Below are positions 10,878 to 22,300 of a DNA stretch of 64,000 bases, piece by piece; position 1 is the stretch's first letter, and the number at the start of each line of letters is the position of its first letter. Source of the DNA: a virus; the IMG/VR virus record IMGVR_UViG_3300035698_018280, positions 99,888 through 163,887 of that record; one strand, given 5' to 3'. The translations under genes were made by a program, and so were the position numbers. Below the pieces are notes generated by a model. That model saw nothing but the letters and a program-made list of their open reading frames with translations. It did no database searches and had not been told where the DNA came from.

Positions 10878-11985
10878 CGTAGACGTTCTCCATCATCTCT
10901 GTAAACTTGGAAGCAAATACTTCGTAACCATAATTATTCTGAACTAACTCATATGCTTTATCGGATTTATTCTGTGCTTCTTGATAGTTCTGCGAAACTT
11001 GCCTCATTGCCTTCTGTATGTCTGAGACTTTGACTCTCGGCCATTTTTTAAGCTTAAATTGAGGGGAAGGATCCAGACAATCATGAACCATATATCCGGA
11101 TGGCTCAAGAAGCATGCAGTTACCGCTATCGGCATAGTCTTTGCATCCTGCAAAGTTTGTTACTATGACAGGTACTTTGATTGCCATTGCCTGTATAGGC
11201 GGCAATCCAAAGCCTTCGCCAAGAGTAGGGGAAATGAGACAGTCCGCTGACTTCATAAAGCGGGCCATATCCTGTTCTTTGAATACTTCTCTTTCGAAAG
11301 AAACATGGGCTGTTTCCTTCTTTCCCCAGTTCTTCTTAATTTGCTCATACGATTGACGAGCTTTATCCGCTGAATCAGTTTTGATAATAAGACGAACATT
11401 CTCATCTGAGTCAAATTCCCTGATCCATGATTCTAAAAGAAGTTGACCTCCTTTTCGGGGCCTCCAAGTTCCTATAAACAAAAATGTAAACTGGGGCTGA
11501 TCATGCATGGGAGTTACTTTGTCATTCCAAATACCGAGATCCAAAACGTGCGGAATATGAAACATCGGACGCTTTACGCCTGCACGGGAAAAAGTACGAA
11601 AATTGAACTCTGATGGGACAAAGACGCAATCGCATCTATTTAACAAAGTTACCCATTCAGACGGCGGATTGAATGTCTCAAAAGTCGCAAAGGCTATTTT
11701 CTTCTTTAGACTCTGTACTCTTCTATGCTGAGAAGGTATAAGATGAAGAACCTGATATGCGTCAGTATTGATTGGCTTTTCTCTCATCTCCATGAGAATA
11801 TCGAACTGTTCTTTAGTATATGCTTCTTTAGAAGGCCTACTATTAACCGCTTGAATACGGATATCAAATAATCCTGTTTGGTGTAGCGCAAAAACATTCG
11901 ACGATGCAGCCTGTCCATAACCAGTCTGATTGAAAAAACCGCAATAATCTATTGGTATTTTAGGTAGAGATGACGACATGCCCAT
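10834..11985 (-). CDS. Glycosyltransferase, GT4-like (GT-B fold)
   Basis: TGYGQAA N-terminal loop, FLFIGTWRPRKG, SPTLGEGFGLPPIQAMA..VPVIVTN. The start may be the second Met at 11979. Confidence 0.9.
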   Translation of the reverse strand: MGMSSSLPKIPIDYCGFFNQTGYGQAASSNVFALHQTGLFDIRIQAVNSRPSKEAYTKEQFDILMEMREKPINTDAYQVLHLIPSQHRRVQSLKKKIAFATFETFNPPSEWVTLLNRCDCVFVPSEFNFRTFSRAGVKRPMFHIPHVLDLGIWNDKVTPMHDQPQFTFLFIGTWRPRKGGQLLLESWIREFDSDENVRLIIKTDSADKARQSYEQIKKNWGKKETAHVSFEREVFKEQDMARFMKSADCLISPTLGEGFGLPPIQAMAIKVPVIVTNFAGCKDYADSGNCMLLEPSGYMVHDCLDPSPQFKLKKWPRVKVSDIQKAMRQVSQNYQEAQNKSDKAYELVQNNYGYEVFASKFTEMMENVYGARNAQNKTLQRNA

Positions 11986-14900
11986 TGTTCAATGCCCTAA
12001 CATCATTAATCTTGCTGAACAGTCCGCCGCCAATCTGGAATACAACGTTTCCGAATGAGTCAAGCTTGACAACTCTTCCTGAATTAGAAACAAAACTCGT
12101 CTCCGCAACAACGTAATTACCGTTATCATCAACAACCGCATCGGAAGCATATGACCCATCTGGCGTATCGTACTGAAAGCTAATCGCCTTTGTAGTCCTA
12201 TCGACCACAATGACCTTCCCTCTAAACTGCCGCAATTTACGAGCCGCCTGCTCTTCAAACGTCTCTTCGCCTTCGCCGCCTTCGGGCTCTGTAAGCGTAT
12301 CATCATTCTGTATAATACCTGCAATCAATAAATTGTCATCATCGATTTCGTAAACAGAACCGAGACTGAAATCAGAAAATTTGATAGCATCGTAATTGAA
12401 TCCAATTTCCTCGGTCTCATGATTGACCTCAATAATACTCGCTTGTTCGGTGCTATCATCGCCCTCGCCAGTATCTCCTTCAGCCAAAATAACCAAAAGT
12501 AATTGATTTTGAGTGCTAGAAATAACTTCTTGAGTATTGATATCTCTGTATTCTGCAATAAATGTCAGAATCCATTCTCCAACAACATCTTCTGCTGGTG
12601 AAGAAATATTGATTGTTGCCTGGTTGCCTGGCGGTGGAGCAGAAAAAGAAACATACTGCTGAACTTGCGTAGGAACCTGAGATTGCCATTGAACAAAGAA
12701 GCCATCATCAGGAGCGTCTACTTCAACTTGGATGCTCGCATCAGAACCAACATTGACTTCTAGTCTTGTTTGTGATCCCGTCTCGCTTCCTTCATCTAAG
12801 AAAATACTAGAGTTGCCAATAATCCAATTGCCATTATCAAGGAAGTTTCCAAAAACTGGTCTCTGTATACCATCAATGAAAACAAAATCTCCTATAAAGA
12901 CTTCTAGCCCCTGTATCCCTGTAAGCTCTTGGGCGCTCTGCGTAAGACTGAACTCCGCAGGGAATGAACCAGGACGATACTGAATAGTCACATCGCTCTG
13001 CGTATCTCTTAATTGAGCAATCTTATCCGTCGAAAGCTTGATTTCAAGAATTCTCTTAGTCTTCGTTGGCTCAAGAACTTCATCATTCGCTCCTAAATCA
13101 ACTGCGGAACCGCCGATCCATAAACGAACATTCCCTATCTGTAAATCATCGCCATCAACTTCTTGAGAGAATGTTGTAGAAAGAATACCTGTTCTAGGAT
13201 TATAAACAGAAGTTAAAGGATAGAAGAAGTTCTCATCTGATATATTGTGGCTTCCTATTCCCTTGATCAATGTTCCATCTGGATTGACTTCAAACAATCT
13301 ATCATTGTCTAAATCTGCGATAACAAAACTGCGATCTTCCTGCCTGTAGGCTGAGAATGCAAATTTGAATCCCCTCTGTCCTTGGTTAGGAAAGAAATTG
13401 AATGCCTGCTTTGGAGATAAAAGGAAGCTTGGCCCCTGAAAGCCGACCACTGCAACGTTGTCAGTATCAATCTCGGTTATAACATTCTTGAATGAGTAAT
13501 AGATATTGCCAACTGGTACCGGATCTGATATAGAAAGAAATGATGTCAAAGCATTGTCATCGAACTTGCGAGTTGTATTTATATAGCTGCCTCTATCAAA
13601 TGTTTCTGCATCAGATATCGTAAATCCAACTTCTTCAGAGTCTATGATAAGTTGAAGCTCTAAAAAATCCAAAACAGGAGTCGCATTTCTTGCCTCATTA
13701 GAAAAGAACATAACATCTATTTCAATGTCCGAACCGTCTATCGAGAAAACATCCCCCGAGTTAAGAGGTGAACTGAAAACAGATCTATTCAATAGACCAG
13801 GAGAATTTGCTATTCTTGTACGAATTCTGAGATCGGTACCGTCCGGTATCTCAGCATCAAATATAATAGAATTGAAATTGACATTTACCGCGCTAGAATA
13901 TCTAAAACGTATAAAACCTTCCGGAGGATACAATGCCTGACTACGAAGAAAAATATTATCAATAAAGAATGTATGCTTAGTAACAACGTCATCCGTATAA
14001 AAAACAAGCGTCTTTATATTATTTCTTGCTGCGCCATCAATCGAAAAAGCTCTTCGCTCAAATCCATTAACATCTGGATCCGGGTTGGTCGTAATCTCAT
14101 CAGGACCAAGCAGTAAAAAATCCTGAGACTTTGTTTCTGTTCCATCTTCTTCCTCATTAATAAAGTACATGAAGACCGAACCATGCGAGATCGAAAGGCT
14201 CTTAACATCAACTATCAATTCATCGAATAAAGACCAATCTCTGTTGACATTGATTGTTTTTGTATAGACAGCCCTAAAACTTCTATCTGTTAGAAACTCT
14301 CCGCCATAAAAACCTTCGGTTCGAAAAGAATCAGCATCATTGGAGATTACTTTAAGATTATCAGAAATAACTTGCGTTTCAGTAACGAAGCCAGGAATGT
14401 TTTGACCGCCCGCTGTCACTGACTCAAAGTTTTCAATAAACTGACTATCAGCGCCGCCTCTTGCAAGAGTAACCTGATCATTAGCAATAGTTACAAGATT
14501 TCTATCATAGGCTGTCAGGAAAGCTGTTGTTGTTTCCCAGATGATGGAGCGAATTTTTCCAATACTGGTTGGCTTTCCAGAGATACACTTGCTAACAAGA
14601 TCTATATGAGACGTAGACGCATCAAAATCAATGAAGCGATTATCTGTTATTCCTGGTATAATAGTTACACCGTTAATAAATCCGTCTTCAACTAATGGAT
14701 TCTCATACTTCCATGCAGTTGTCAACTTCATAAGGTTGACAGATCCGATTTCTCCGAGAAGCTCTCTGTTGCCTGCTGTGATCGTTCTAACAAACGAATC
14801 AAGGGCAGCATGGGTTAACAGACCGTTATTGCCCAGATCGTTATGATCGAGCTTAGGAATACGTTCTGTATCAAATCGACCGCTGATAATCTTTGCCGCA

Positions 14901-15484
14901 TCAAAGTCTTCCATGCGAGCGCCGGGAAGCTGATTGCGAGTTTCTTTTTGAAGATCAATCTTAGTAGGCGAACCTCTGTGCTTATGTTTGGCAATCTCTT
15001 CTTTGATAAGTTCAATAAAACCAATCTCATCTCGGAATGAACTATCGATATTAACTATTTCATTAGAGCCAGTAGAAACTCGTCCTAATCTGACAGACCC
15101 TTCGCCAGGATTAGTTCTACTCCAAATAAATTCAACGTCTCTATCGTTTGCTGTTCCGCCTGTGAGAATAGCATAAATATCGACAGTATCATTTGAAGGA
15201 ATATCCTGAACAAGTTCGGGAAGATCTGTCTCGGTTGCAAGAAGACTAATAATACCCAATCCAGGTTCTACTGTAATTGATATAGAACTTAGAGAAATGG
15301 AATCATTTGGTTCTGTTAGATTCCATCCTCTAACAACTCCGTTTCCAAATATTGTATAAAGACCGTATAGCTGCTTGTCAATAAGCAGAAATCTCTCGAT
15401 CTCTTTGCGCACGTTAATAGGGAGATCCAGACGATCCCTAAAATCGAAGAAAGCCATACCGAAAAATGGTGTCTGTCCAGCCAT
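11960..15484 (-). CDS. Large tail/baseplate protein with carbohydrate-binding-like and NHL-type propeller segments
   Basis: 1174-aa ORF. N-terminal FGNGVVRGW..VEPGLG, DWSLFDEL...FFIDNIFL (CBM-like), FVIADLDNDRLFEVNPDG and SGRVVKLDSFGNVVFQ repeats. Confidence 0.6.
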   Translation of the reverse strand: MAGQTPFFGMAFFDFRDRLDLPINVRKEIERFLLIDKQLYGLYTIFGNGVVRGWNLTEPNDSISLSSISITVEPGLGIISLLATETDLPELVQDIPSNDTVDIYAILTGGTANDRDVEFIWSRTNPGEGSVRLGRVSTGSNEIVNIDSSFRDEIGFIELIKEEIAKHKHRGSPTKIDLQKETRNQLPGARMEDFDAAKIISGRFDTERIPKLDHNDLGNNGLLTHAALDSFVRTITAGNRELLGEIGSVNLMKLTTAWKYENPLVEDGFINGVTIIPGITDNRFIDFDASTSHIDLVSKCISGKPTSIGKIRSIIWETTTAFLTAYDRNLVTIANDQVTLARGGADSQFIENFESVTAGGQNIPGFVTETQVISDNLKVISNDADSFRTEGFYGGEFLTDRSFRAVYTKTINVNRDWSLFDELIVDVKSLSISHGSVFMYFINEEEDGTETKSQDFLLLGPDEITTNPDPDVNGFERRAFSIDGAARNNIKTLVFYTDDVVTKHTFFIDNIFLRSQALYPPEGFIRFRYSSAVNVNFNSIIFDAEIPDGTDLRIRTRIANSPGLLNRSVFSSPLNSGDVFSIDGSDIEIDVMFFSNEARNATPVLDFLELQLIIDSEEVGFTISDAETFDRGSYINTTRKFDDNALTSFLSISDPVPVGNIYYSFKNVITEIDTDNVAVVGFQGPSFLLSPKQAFNFFPNQGQRGFKFAFSAYRQEDRSFVIADLDNDRLFEVNPDGTLIKGIGSHNISDENFFYPLTSVYNPRTGILSTTFSQEVDGDDLQIGNVRLWIGGSAVDLGANDEVLEPTKTKRILEIKLSTDKIAQLRDTQSDVTIQYRPGSFPAEFSLTQSAQELTGIQGLEVFIGDFVFIDGIQRPVFGNFLDNGNWIIGNSSIFLDEGSETGSQTRLEVNVGSDASIQVEVDAPDDGFFVQWQSQVPTQVQQYVSFSAPPPGNQATINISSPAEDVVGEWILTFIAEYRDINTQEVISSTQNQLLLVILAEGDTGEGDDSTEQASIIEVNHETEEIGFNYDAIKFSDFSLGSVYEIDDDNLLIAGIIQNDDTLTEPEGGEGEETFEEQAARKLRQFRGKVIVVDRTTKAISFQYDTPDGSYASDAVVDDNGNYVVAETSFVSNSGRVVKLDSFGNVVFQIGGGLFSKINDVRALNNGHVVIST

Positions 15485-15492
15485 ACCTTACC

Positions 15493-15708
15493 TTATCGAC
15501 CTGCTACAGGAGGACCGCCAATATCAATAACATGGACACCCTGAGCGCTATATAGTTTTTTCATTTGAAAAGCGCCAAAACCTCGAAAGCCCTGTCTGCT
15601 CTCTCGAATGCTTGAACTTACTTCGACAACGGACATAGTTTGCTTAACTTTATCCTGTATTTTTACACCGGCCCCATGAGCCTTCTGTCTGTTATTAGCA
15701 ATACCCAT
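15493..15708 (-). CDS. Small basic tail-region protein
   Basis: 71-aa ORF with AAGGAG ribosome-binding site, filling the gap between two large tail genes. Confidence 0.65.
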   Translation of the reverse strand: MGIANNRQKAHGAGVKIQDKVKQTMSVVEVSSSIRESRQGFRGFGAFQMKKLYSAQGVHVIDIGGPPVAGR

Positions 15709-15717
15709 AATATCTCC

Positions 15718-15741
15718 TTATGATAAAACTTATAAAATCCT
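15718..15741 (-). promoter_or_regulatory. Weak copy of the AGG-N16-18 promoter-like motif
   Basis: Minus strand GAGG-ATTTTATAAGTTTTAT-CATAA, upstream of 15708. Confidence 0.35.
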
Positions 15742-18700
15742 CTATGTTCCGCCAAGGGTATCAGGCCCAATCCCGATTTCCGTTGGTGAACCCCAATCAA
15801 TATTCTGTGAAGGGAAGATCCAATAGCAAGAGAATGTCTGCCACCACTGATTTGTGGCTGGATCAATTTCATTCTCTATCTCTCCTATAATCAAAACCTG
15901 CTTATCCCTCCATCCGAGACCTTGAAAAGTAACGATATCTAATGCCTTAAGAAGGTTGTGGCCAATAGCTTTGAATTGTATTTTGACAGGAGGCAAGAAT
16001 AGTTTAGTATAGTGCTTGACTATCCATTTGACATTTAACTCATCCCCATATATACCGTCCATAAGCAACAGCGTTTTAGGGTACCCAATAAAACCAGGCT
16101 TCTCATTATCAAACAACGAATCAAAGTTCGTATGTCCAGCTAAAAGCAAAGTACCATCAGGAGTGTTTGAGATAACCCTGATTTGGTTAATAACACTATC
16201 CATATCTCTAGTAACTGTATAGTCTCCAAAGACCTGTCTATGAATTTCAGAACCCTCACTACGGCTAAAGTCTTTTGGCGATGCAAAAAAATCAACCTTA
16301 CTCAAAGCTTCCCATTTTCTGATATTCAAATCGGGGCCAGAACCTTCTTGTCCTCCAAACAACTCTTGATCATAAGGAAGCTTCTCGTAATGAAAAACCC
16401 CCAAACGATCGAAGTAAATAATCTTACCTGCTATCTGCGCTATTTTGCGAACACCGCTCCACATATTTTCGCCATCCTTGAAACGGAACATAGGCTCATG
16501 TAGTATGTTGTAGGATCCTGGCAAAGCATATTCTGAGTTATATATGTTGTCTCCATTATGGGGAATATGAAACCATCCTGACTTGTCCGAAGAAGCCAAT
16601 CTAGCAATCAATGAAGCAGGCTGAGAATTATCTACAGAGCTAATATCTCCGTTGAGTCCTCCAATATCTTTTTCTCGGTCTACACCGTCTCTAAGACCAG
16701 ACATTTGAATAATTTCATTGATCGCATTAAAATCTCTCATCTTGTCAAAAAACGGAGAATTCAAAAATACTTGTTCTTCAAGAACCTTAGTGTAATCATT
16801 GAGATCGCAAGTCATCGTATGCTTGTTGTTCTCAATATTGATAGATGTATTAGTACATATTCCAGTGAATATAATACGATCTCGTTCGAGAGAAGGAGTT
16901 GGCATAATAGGCCTGCCCTCAACATTCGTATATCTGCTATTTTCAAATCCTATTTCGCCAGTTCTAGTAGAAGCAGGAGGACCATCTACGTTCTCACCCC
17001 ACCAAACAGCTATCTGTATAAAGAAGTTTTTATCAGCCAAGCTTCTCAAATAATTAGAATGATTAGGTCTTCCATCTTTAAAGCGACTGTCCATTCCGTC
17101 ATTTACAAGAAACGTAATTCTCCCGCCATGAGAGATATTAAGCATGTCATTTTCAGACCAACTTGTCTGTAACTTCATTATATGATGACCAACCTCAATG
17201 GCATTTGTATCAAATGCCGGTAGTTTTGGCGGGACGAATAAGCGAAAGCCCGTCATGATTGGAGTTATGCAATCATTTAATTTCCATTGTAATTGATCAT
17301 CTTCAGAACCCTCTGCATCAGGAGAAACAAACGTGTAATCACCAGGAATCATAGATATGCTGGTTTCAATGACTTTGGCAAATGGCGCGCTAGATCCTAG
17401 TCGTTTAGAACAATCTTTAGCCGCAATAGTTATAGCAGATGCACCGTCTTTGATTTTTCTTCTTCGACGATGCTGATCCGGCGCTTTTCCAAAATCAAGA
17501 ACCTGCTGAGGCATAACCTCGATCGCATGAGTCGTTTCAAACTTATCTTCTATCCATTCTTTATATAGTTCTGCCTCTTGTGTAAATTGAACTTTTTTGC
17601 GACGAGTTCCTATCAGAGGGTTCTTTGATACTCCTTTGTCTCGAAGAAGAAGCTGTATTTCTTCCATATCAACAGGCCCTTCAATGCTGAGCCTCTGAGG
17701 TAATGAAACACTCTCAATAGTTTTATACTGCAAAGGAGCCATATGTAATGCGACCTTAACATTCCCGCCCATAATAGCTATAGACTTAGCAGGGATTACC
17801 ATAGGAACCTGCTCTTGAATAAAATTCTCTTCGCTTTCAGGCTCGTCTGTTGGTTCAGGAACTTCAGTTAGATCAGTACGAGAAATTACCCATGGAAAAT
17901 CTTCATAACCACTAAAAGTAACAATAAAGCGGCCCAAGTGTTGGCGAACAGTAACTCGTAAAAATCCAGGTTCCATAAGTTTTTGAGATGAAACAAATGG
18001 ATAGGTACTTAGGCGACGAAGGATCTTGCTTTTAGACTGAACAATACGAGATGAACTACCGCCGGACTTATCTCCGCTATCATCATTATCATTGCCTCCG
18101 CCTGCAGATTCAGAAACACAATCTTCTTCACCATCATCTGTTATAGCCGTAGCAGTTGTCTCGCTCTCGTCTTCGCCGCCCTGCTGCGATTCTTCTTGCT
18201 GATTAGGTTCTCTAATAAAAACTTTGCCAGCATGACAAAAAATAGGATTGTTTCTTTCAGAAAGAATAATATAGTAATTATGAAAGGCATCTTCTACGCC
18301 TATCTCTATCATGTAATAAGCCTGATCGCTAAAATCAAACTGCTTCTTTGACTCTTCGATTTTTTCGGCATCTTTACCAACTTCTACAATAGCAGTATTC
18401 TGAACCTCTCCATCTATAGTAGATTGAGAATTGGTATCAAGAAACTCAAACCCAGTTCTCATACGAAACTTAGAACCTTTAGTAATAGAAATATCAGTTT
18501 CTAAAGCCATCTTCCTGAATTCAATCCAGAAATCTTCGCCCTGAAAAAGATTTGTTCTTTTCTTGACTCTCCAATGTATACCTGGATTTACATTCTTGTA
18601 GCTATTATCAGAACCAACGTTAAACTCTTCATCGCTATCCAGTCCCTTTAGTTCAAGGAACTTAACAGGATCTCCTGGCGATGTTTTATTTTGCAAAAGA

Positions 18701-19362
18701 AAATGTCGGAAATTATCATTTGTTCTTGTAGAAACAGTTCCTTCGCCAGGAACTCCCTCGGGACGAACGTTTGGAAATGCATATTCCCAACGAGGGTAGA
18801 ACAATCGTTTGAAATCTTCTTTACTATCAGCAGGAGCTTCTTTGAGTCTGGTCTGAGAGAATGTCTCGCTAATATACAGACTGCCATCATCAATCCACAT
18901 ATGCTGAGCAGCCTCAGCCGAAGCAAAAGCATTAGGAATAGGGTCTCCGTTGGCATCTTTGCGAAGAAAAGCTGCAACTGCATTTTCGTTATATAAATCA
19001 ATAAACTCAAGACGACTAAGCGGAATAACTCCAGTTTCTTCTTCCAACAATCTGGCTGTATTCTTTTCTTCTTCATCATTAGACTCAGGCTTAACAGTAG
19101 CAAGAAAATTGTGACGATACTTGTATTCTGTCTTCAAGTACAAACCATCATGCCTTTGTATAGACTCAACCTTGTCGCTATAATCGCTGGGTAAAGTAGC
19201 AACTGTTTCTGGCGCAAAGACAAATGTCTCATCCTGAAGCTTTCGCTTATAGATAGGAGCATTGTGCCAAATAGTAGCTTCGCAGTTGAGTACCCCAGGA
19301 AATCCAGGAGAACCCTTTTGAAACTTACCAGTTGTAGTTACTTTTGTTCCCTTACTACCCAT
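15742..19362 (-). CDS. Tail hub/baseplate-like protein
   Basis: 1206-aa ORF, second gene after the tape measure. C-terminal half has hub-like motifs: IFTGIC..MTCDLNDY..L, IIYFDRLGVFHY, VINQIRVIS, LKALDIV. Confidence 0.6.
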   Translation of the reverse strand: MGSKGTKVTTTGKFQKGSPGFPGVLNCEATIWHNAPIYKRKLQDETFVFAPETVATLPSDYSDKVESIQRHDGLYLKTEYKYRHNFLATVKPESNDEEEKNTARLLEEETGVIPLSRLEFIDLYNENAVAAFLRKDANGDPIPNAFASAEAAQHMWIDDGSLYISETFSQTRLKEAPADSKEDFKRLFYPRWEYAFPNVRPEGVPGEGTVSTRTNDNFRHFLLQNKTSPGDPVKFLELKGLDSDEEFNVGSDNSYKNVNPGIHWRVKKRTNLFQGEDFWIEFRKMALETDISITKGSKFRMRTGFEFLDTNSQSTIDGEVQNTAIVEVGKDAEKIEESKKQFDFSDQAYYMIEIGVEDAFHNYYIILSERNNPIFCHAGKVFIREPNQQEESQQGGEDESETTATAITDDGEEDCVSESAGGGNDNDDSGDKSGGSSSRIVQSKSKILRRLSTYPFVSSQKLMEPGFLRVTVRQHLGRFIVTFSGYEDFPWVISRTDLTEVPEPTDEPESEENFIQEQVPMVIPAKSIAIMGGNVKVALHMAPLQYKTIESVSLPQRLSIEGPVDMEEIQLLLRDKGVSKNPLIGTRRKKVQFTQEAELYKEWIEDKFETTHAIEVMPQQVLDFGKAPDQHRRRRKIKDGASAITIAAKDCSKRLGSSAPFAKVIETSISMIPGDYTFVSPDAEGSEDDQLQWKLNDCITPIMTGFRLFVPPKLPAFDTNAIEVGHHIMKLQTSWSENDMLNISHGGRITFLVNDGMDSRFKDGRPNHSNYLRSLADKNFFIQIAVWWGENVDGPPASTRTGEIGFENSRYTNVEGRPIMPTPSLERDRIIFTGICTNTSINIENNKHTMTCDLNDYTKVLEEQVFLNSPFFDKMRDFNAINEIIQMSGLRDGVDREKDIGGLNGDISSVDNSQPASLIARLASSDKSGWFHIPHNGDNIYNSEYALPGSYNILHEPMFRFKDGENMWSGVRKIAQIAGKIIYFDRLGVFHYEKLPYDQELFGGQEGSGPDLNIRKWEALSKVDFFASPKDFSRSEGSEIHRQVFGDYTVTRDMDSVINQIRVISNTPDGTLLLAGHTNFDSLFDNEKPGFIGYPKTLLLMDGIYGDELNVKWIVKHYTKLFLPPVKIQFKAIGHNLLKALDIVTFQGLGWRDKQVLIIGEIENEIDPATNQWWQTFSCYWIFPSQNIDWGSPTEIGIGPDTLGGT

Positions 19363-22300
19363 TATCTAATCCTCGCCTTGGCATCTAACAAAGGCTCATT
19401 GGTTGAATAAGAAAACCCTCTAAGATCACCGTTGCTGTCCTGATAAAACATCCTCGCTAAACCGCTCGCTCCGACATACCCTCTAGCTGCAACCTGCGAA
19501 ATAGACATTGTATCATCAAAAAGAGGCAAAGAATCAGAAACATATGGAAATACTATTTGAGATGTTTTGGATAATATTGAACTTTGTATCTCTGAAGGAA
19601 TAGATCCAACAATAAATACTGGTCTAGTTGTGTCATCGTCAGGATCTACTTTTTTATGTATAATATCCTGTCCCTCCGAAAACAAAGTTGCATTGAAACT
19701 TCTAATAAACATCATTCCATCTACTATATAGCTAAGATTCAATCTATCATTTTCATCATCTAAAGCAAAACCAAGATTGGCTATGAAACGAGGTTCTTGC
19801 ACATCTATGTTTCTGTGGAAAAATACACCATCTTCAAAGACATCTCTCCAACCCTTACCAGTTGAATCACTAACTCTTGCGAACAGCTTACCATTCTCAA
19901 CATAAAGAATCCTAATAGCTCGTTTTCGATCAAAGAAAGCAATAAAATCAGTTAGAGGAAATCCTTCAGAAAAGCTCTTGAAATCGCCCGAAACGGCAAA
20001 CCTAGTTGCTTTTGGCATTGAAGAGCTACTAAGATCCTGATTCTCTCTCCTAATATCGCTAGCTATTTTAAGCTGCTGTGAAAGAAAACCGCTCTCATCT
20101 TCTAAATTACCAATAATAACATCGTTTTCCTTCTTTCTAAGCTGCCTTCCTTCAATCGAGAAATGCGATAATCCGAAGTTTGCTGGCGTATCTTTTGAAT
20201 ATACCGCCGGACGACGCCACGCTTTATATGCATCCTCTGATCTAAATAACTGAGGATTAATAGTTTTGTGCATCAAGCTATCATTAAGAACATAAAATAA
20301 ATGAATCGTATTAGACAAATGATCTGAAATAGCAAACGGATTACGAATGGTCTCGTCGCCAGTAGTATAAACTACACCTTTATGATCAAACCATGTATCC
20401 CCCATGTCATTCGATATCATACAGGAAATCTCAGTCATACTGCTATCAAGAGTTTCTCCACCGGACTCTGCTTGGTCCCCATAGATTCCTACATTGGCAG
20501 AACTATCTTCATAAAAAACAAAAGATTCTCCCGCAGAAGAAAAACAAATCGCTGGCGTTCCTGTATCTATTCTATTTTCTTCATACTTCTCTTCAATAAT
20601 GGATGTAAATTCAATTTTTGTAACAGAAGTATATTTCAAAATATCACCAGATATTCTTATCGTATCATCAAAATAATAACGACAATCAATACCGACATAC
20701 TGCTCTTGATCAACAGGCCCTCCAAAATAAGGAAGAGTTATGTTGTCAATAATAAATCTACTACTAGGAAATATAAACGAAACGTATCTTGAAGGTTGAG
20801 AAGAAAAACCAGATTTTACCTTAAAAAACAATTTGATAAACTTGAGCTTCTTACCCTGAAGACCATTGATTGTTACTTCGCCTGTCTCTTCATTTTGAAC
20901 GAATGTTGTCGAACCGAGCCCGACAGATGTAAATGTTTCGTATATGTCTTCTGCGTTTTCAATGTTAAGAGCTATCTTGCCGCTCTCTTTTGTTATTTCA
21001 AGGCCCTTACTATAGCCCGGCTGATTGCCAATAATTTTATCAAATCCAATTACATCAATGTCAGACTGAGATATGGTATCTAGTTGCTGAGTGCTATGAT
21101 TAAGATCAGCGTTCGAATTATCATAAGCAAGCTTGCCTTTCTGTATATTAGATGACCAATCTTTTAGTCTATGAAAGTTTAGAGTTTCATCTTTATTGAA
21201 TACCAAAAATGATTCATGGCTTAGAGGATGGCTCTCGCAAGCAATGCCCGCTCCGAACGTAGGACGAGTCGTAACCCATACCCCCCCGTCCCTCTCAAGA
21301 GGAAGCTGAGGACTAAATCTCTCAACATAAACCCTGGTCTTTCTCCCTAAGTCCTCAAAGAAAATAGGTGTTCTAATAAACATGTCTGCCTGCAAGGTTC
21401 CAAAAGTACAAAAACCCTGATCATAAGTAAATATTTTATTACAATCTCTAACAAAATATGCTCCTCCCTCAATAGACGACATACGATATGGCTCAAACTT
21501 AGCGCTGCTAAGATCAAAGTTATTCCTTTTAGGTAATCCTCGTCTTTCAAGATCAAGATTAGGAACGCCTACTCCTGTTCCTTCTATATCAGGATTAAAT
21601 GGGCTAACGCTTTGTAATGCAATAGCTAGATCTCTCTGATATCCATATTTATCATTATCATAACAAGTAGAATTGACATGATCGCTAACATCAAAAACAA
21701 AGCCTCTCAATTTACGATTGGCTCTTACAAGATCAGTTGTGTCAAGATGGCCTTCATCAGTAAAACCTGGTCCATTTTCAACAAACGTTGCTATGAAATT
21801 CTGCCACCACACCTGATCCCTAATATCATCAGCAGCTATCAATAACTCTTCAGGAATTAAAATATCCGTTGTATCGAGCGATAATATCCCTCTTGTATCT
21901 GCGAAATATATTCCTCTTATATAAGGAACGGACGCTTGAGTATCATTGATACACTCAACAATTCTCTGTCCTTCTATTAGCTCTAATCGTTGTTTATCTT
22001 TTCGTTCCTCCGGCGTTAGCTCTGGGTTACTAAGAACAGAAACGTCATTAAGCCAATCATTGATATCTGCTTGATCTTCTATATCTGGAAAATTGGATAC
22101 CCCCTGGCTCTTCTTGACCTTGAAAGTATAGGGACGGAAACTCCAGGCCCTTATTCGTTCTCCGCTAATTCTTTCAACCTGGAAACCTGGAAACAAAAAG
22201 AAAAAACTTCTAATTTCAATTGCATGTCTAATATTTCTTTTTGTCGCAGGCACATAGCTAATGTACAGGGGGTCGCCAACGGCAAGCGGCAAAATTTCGT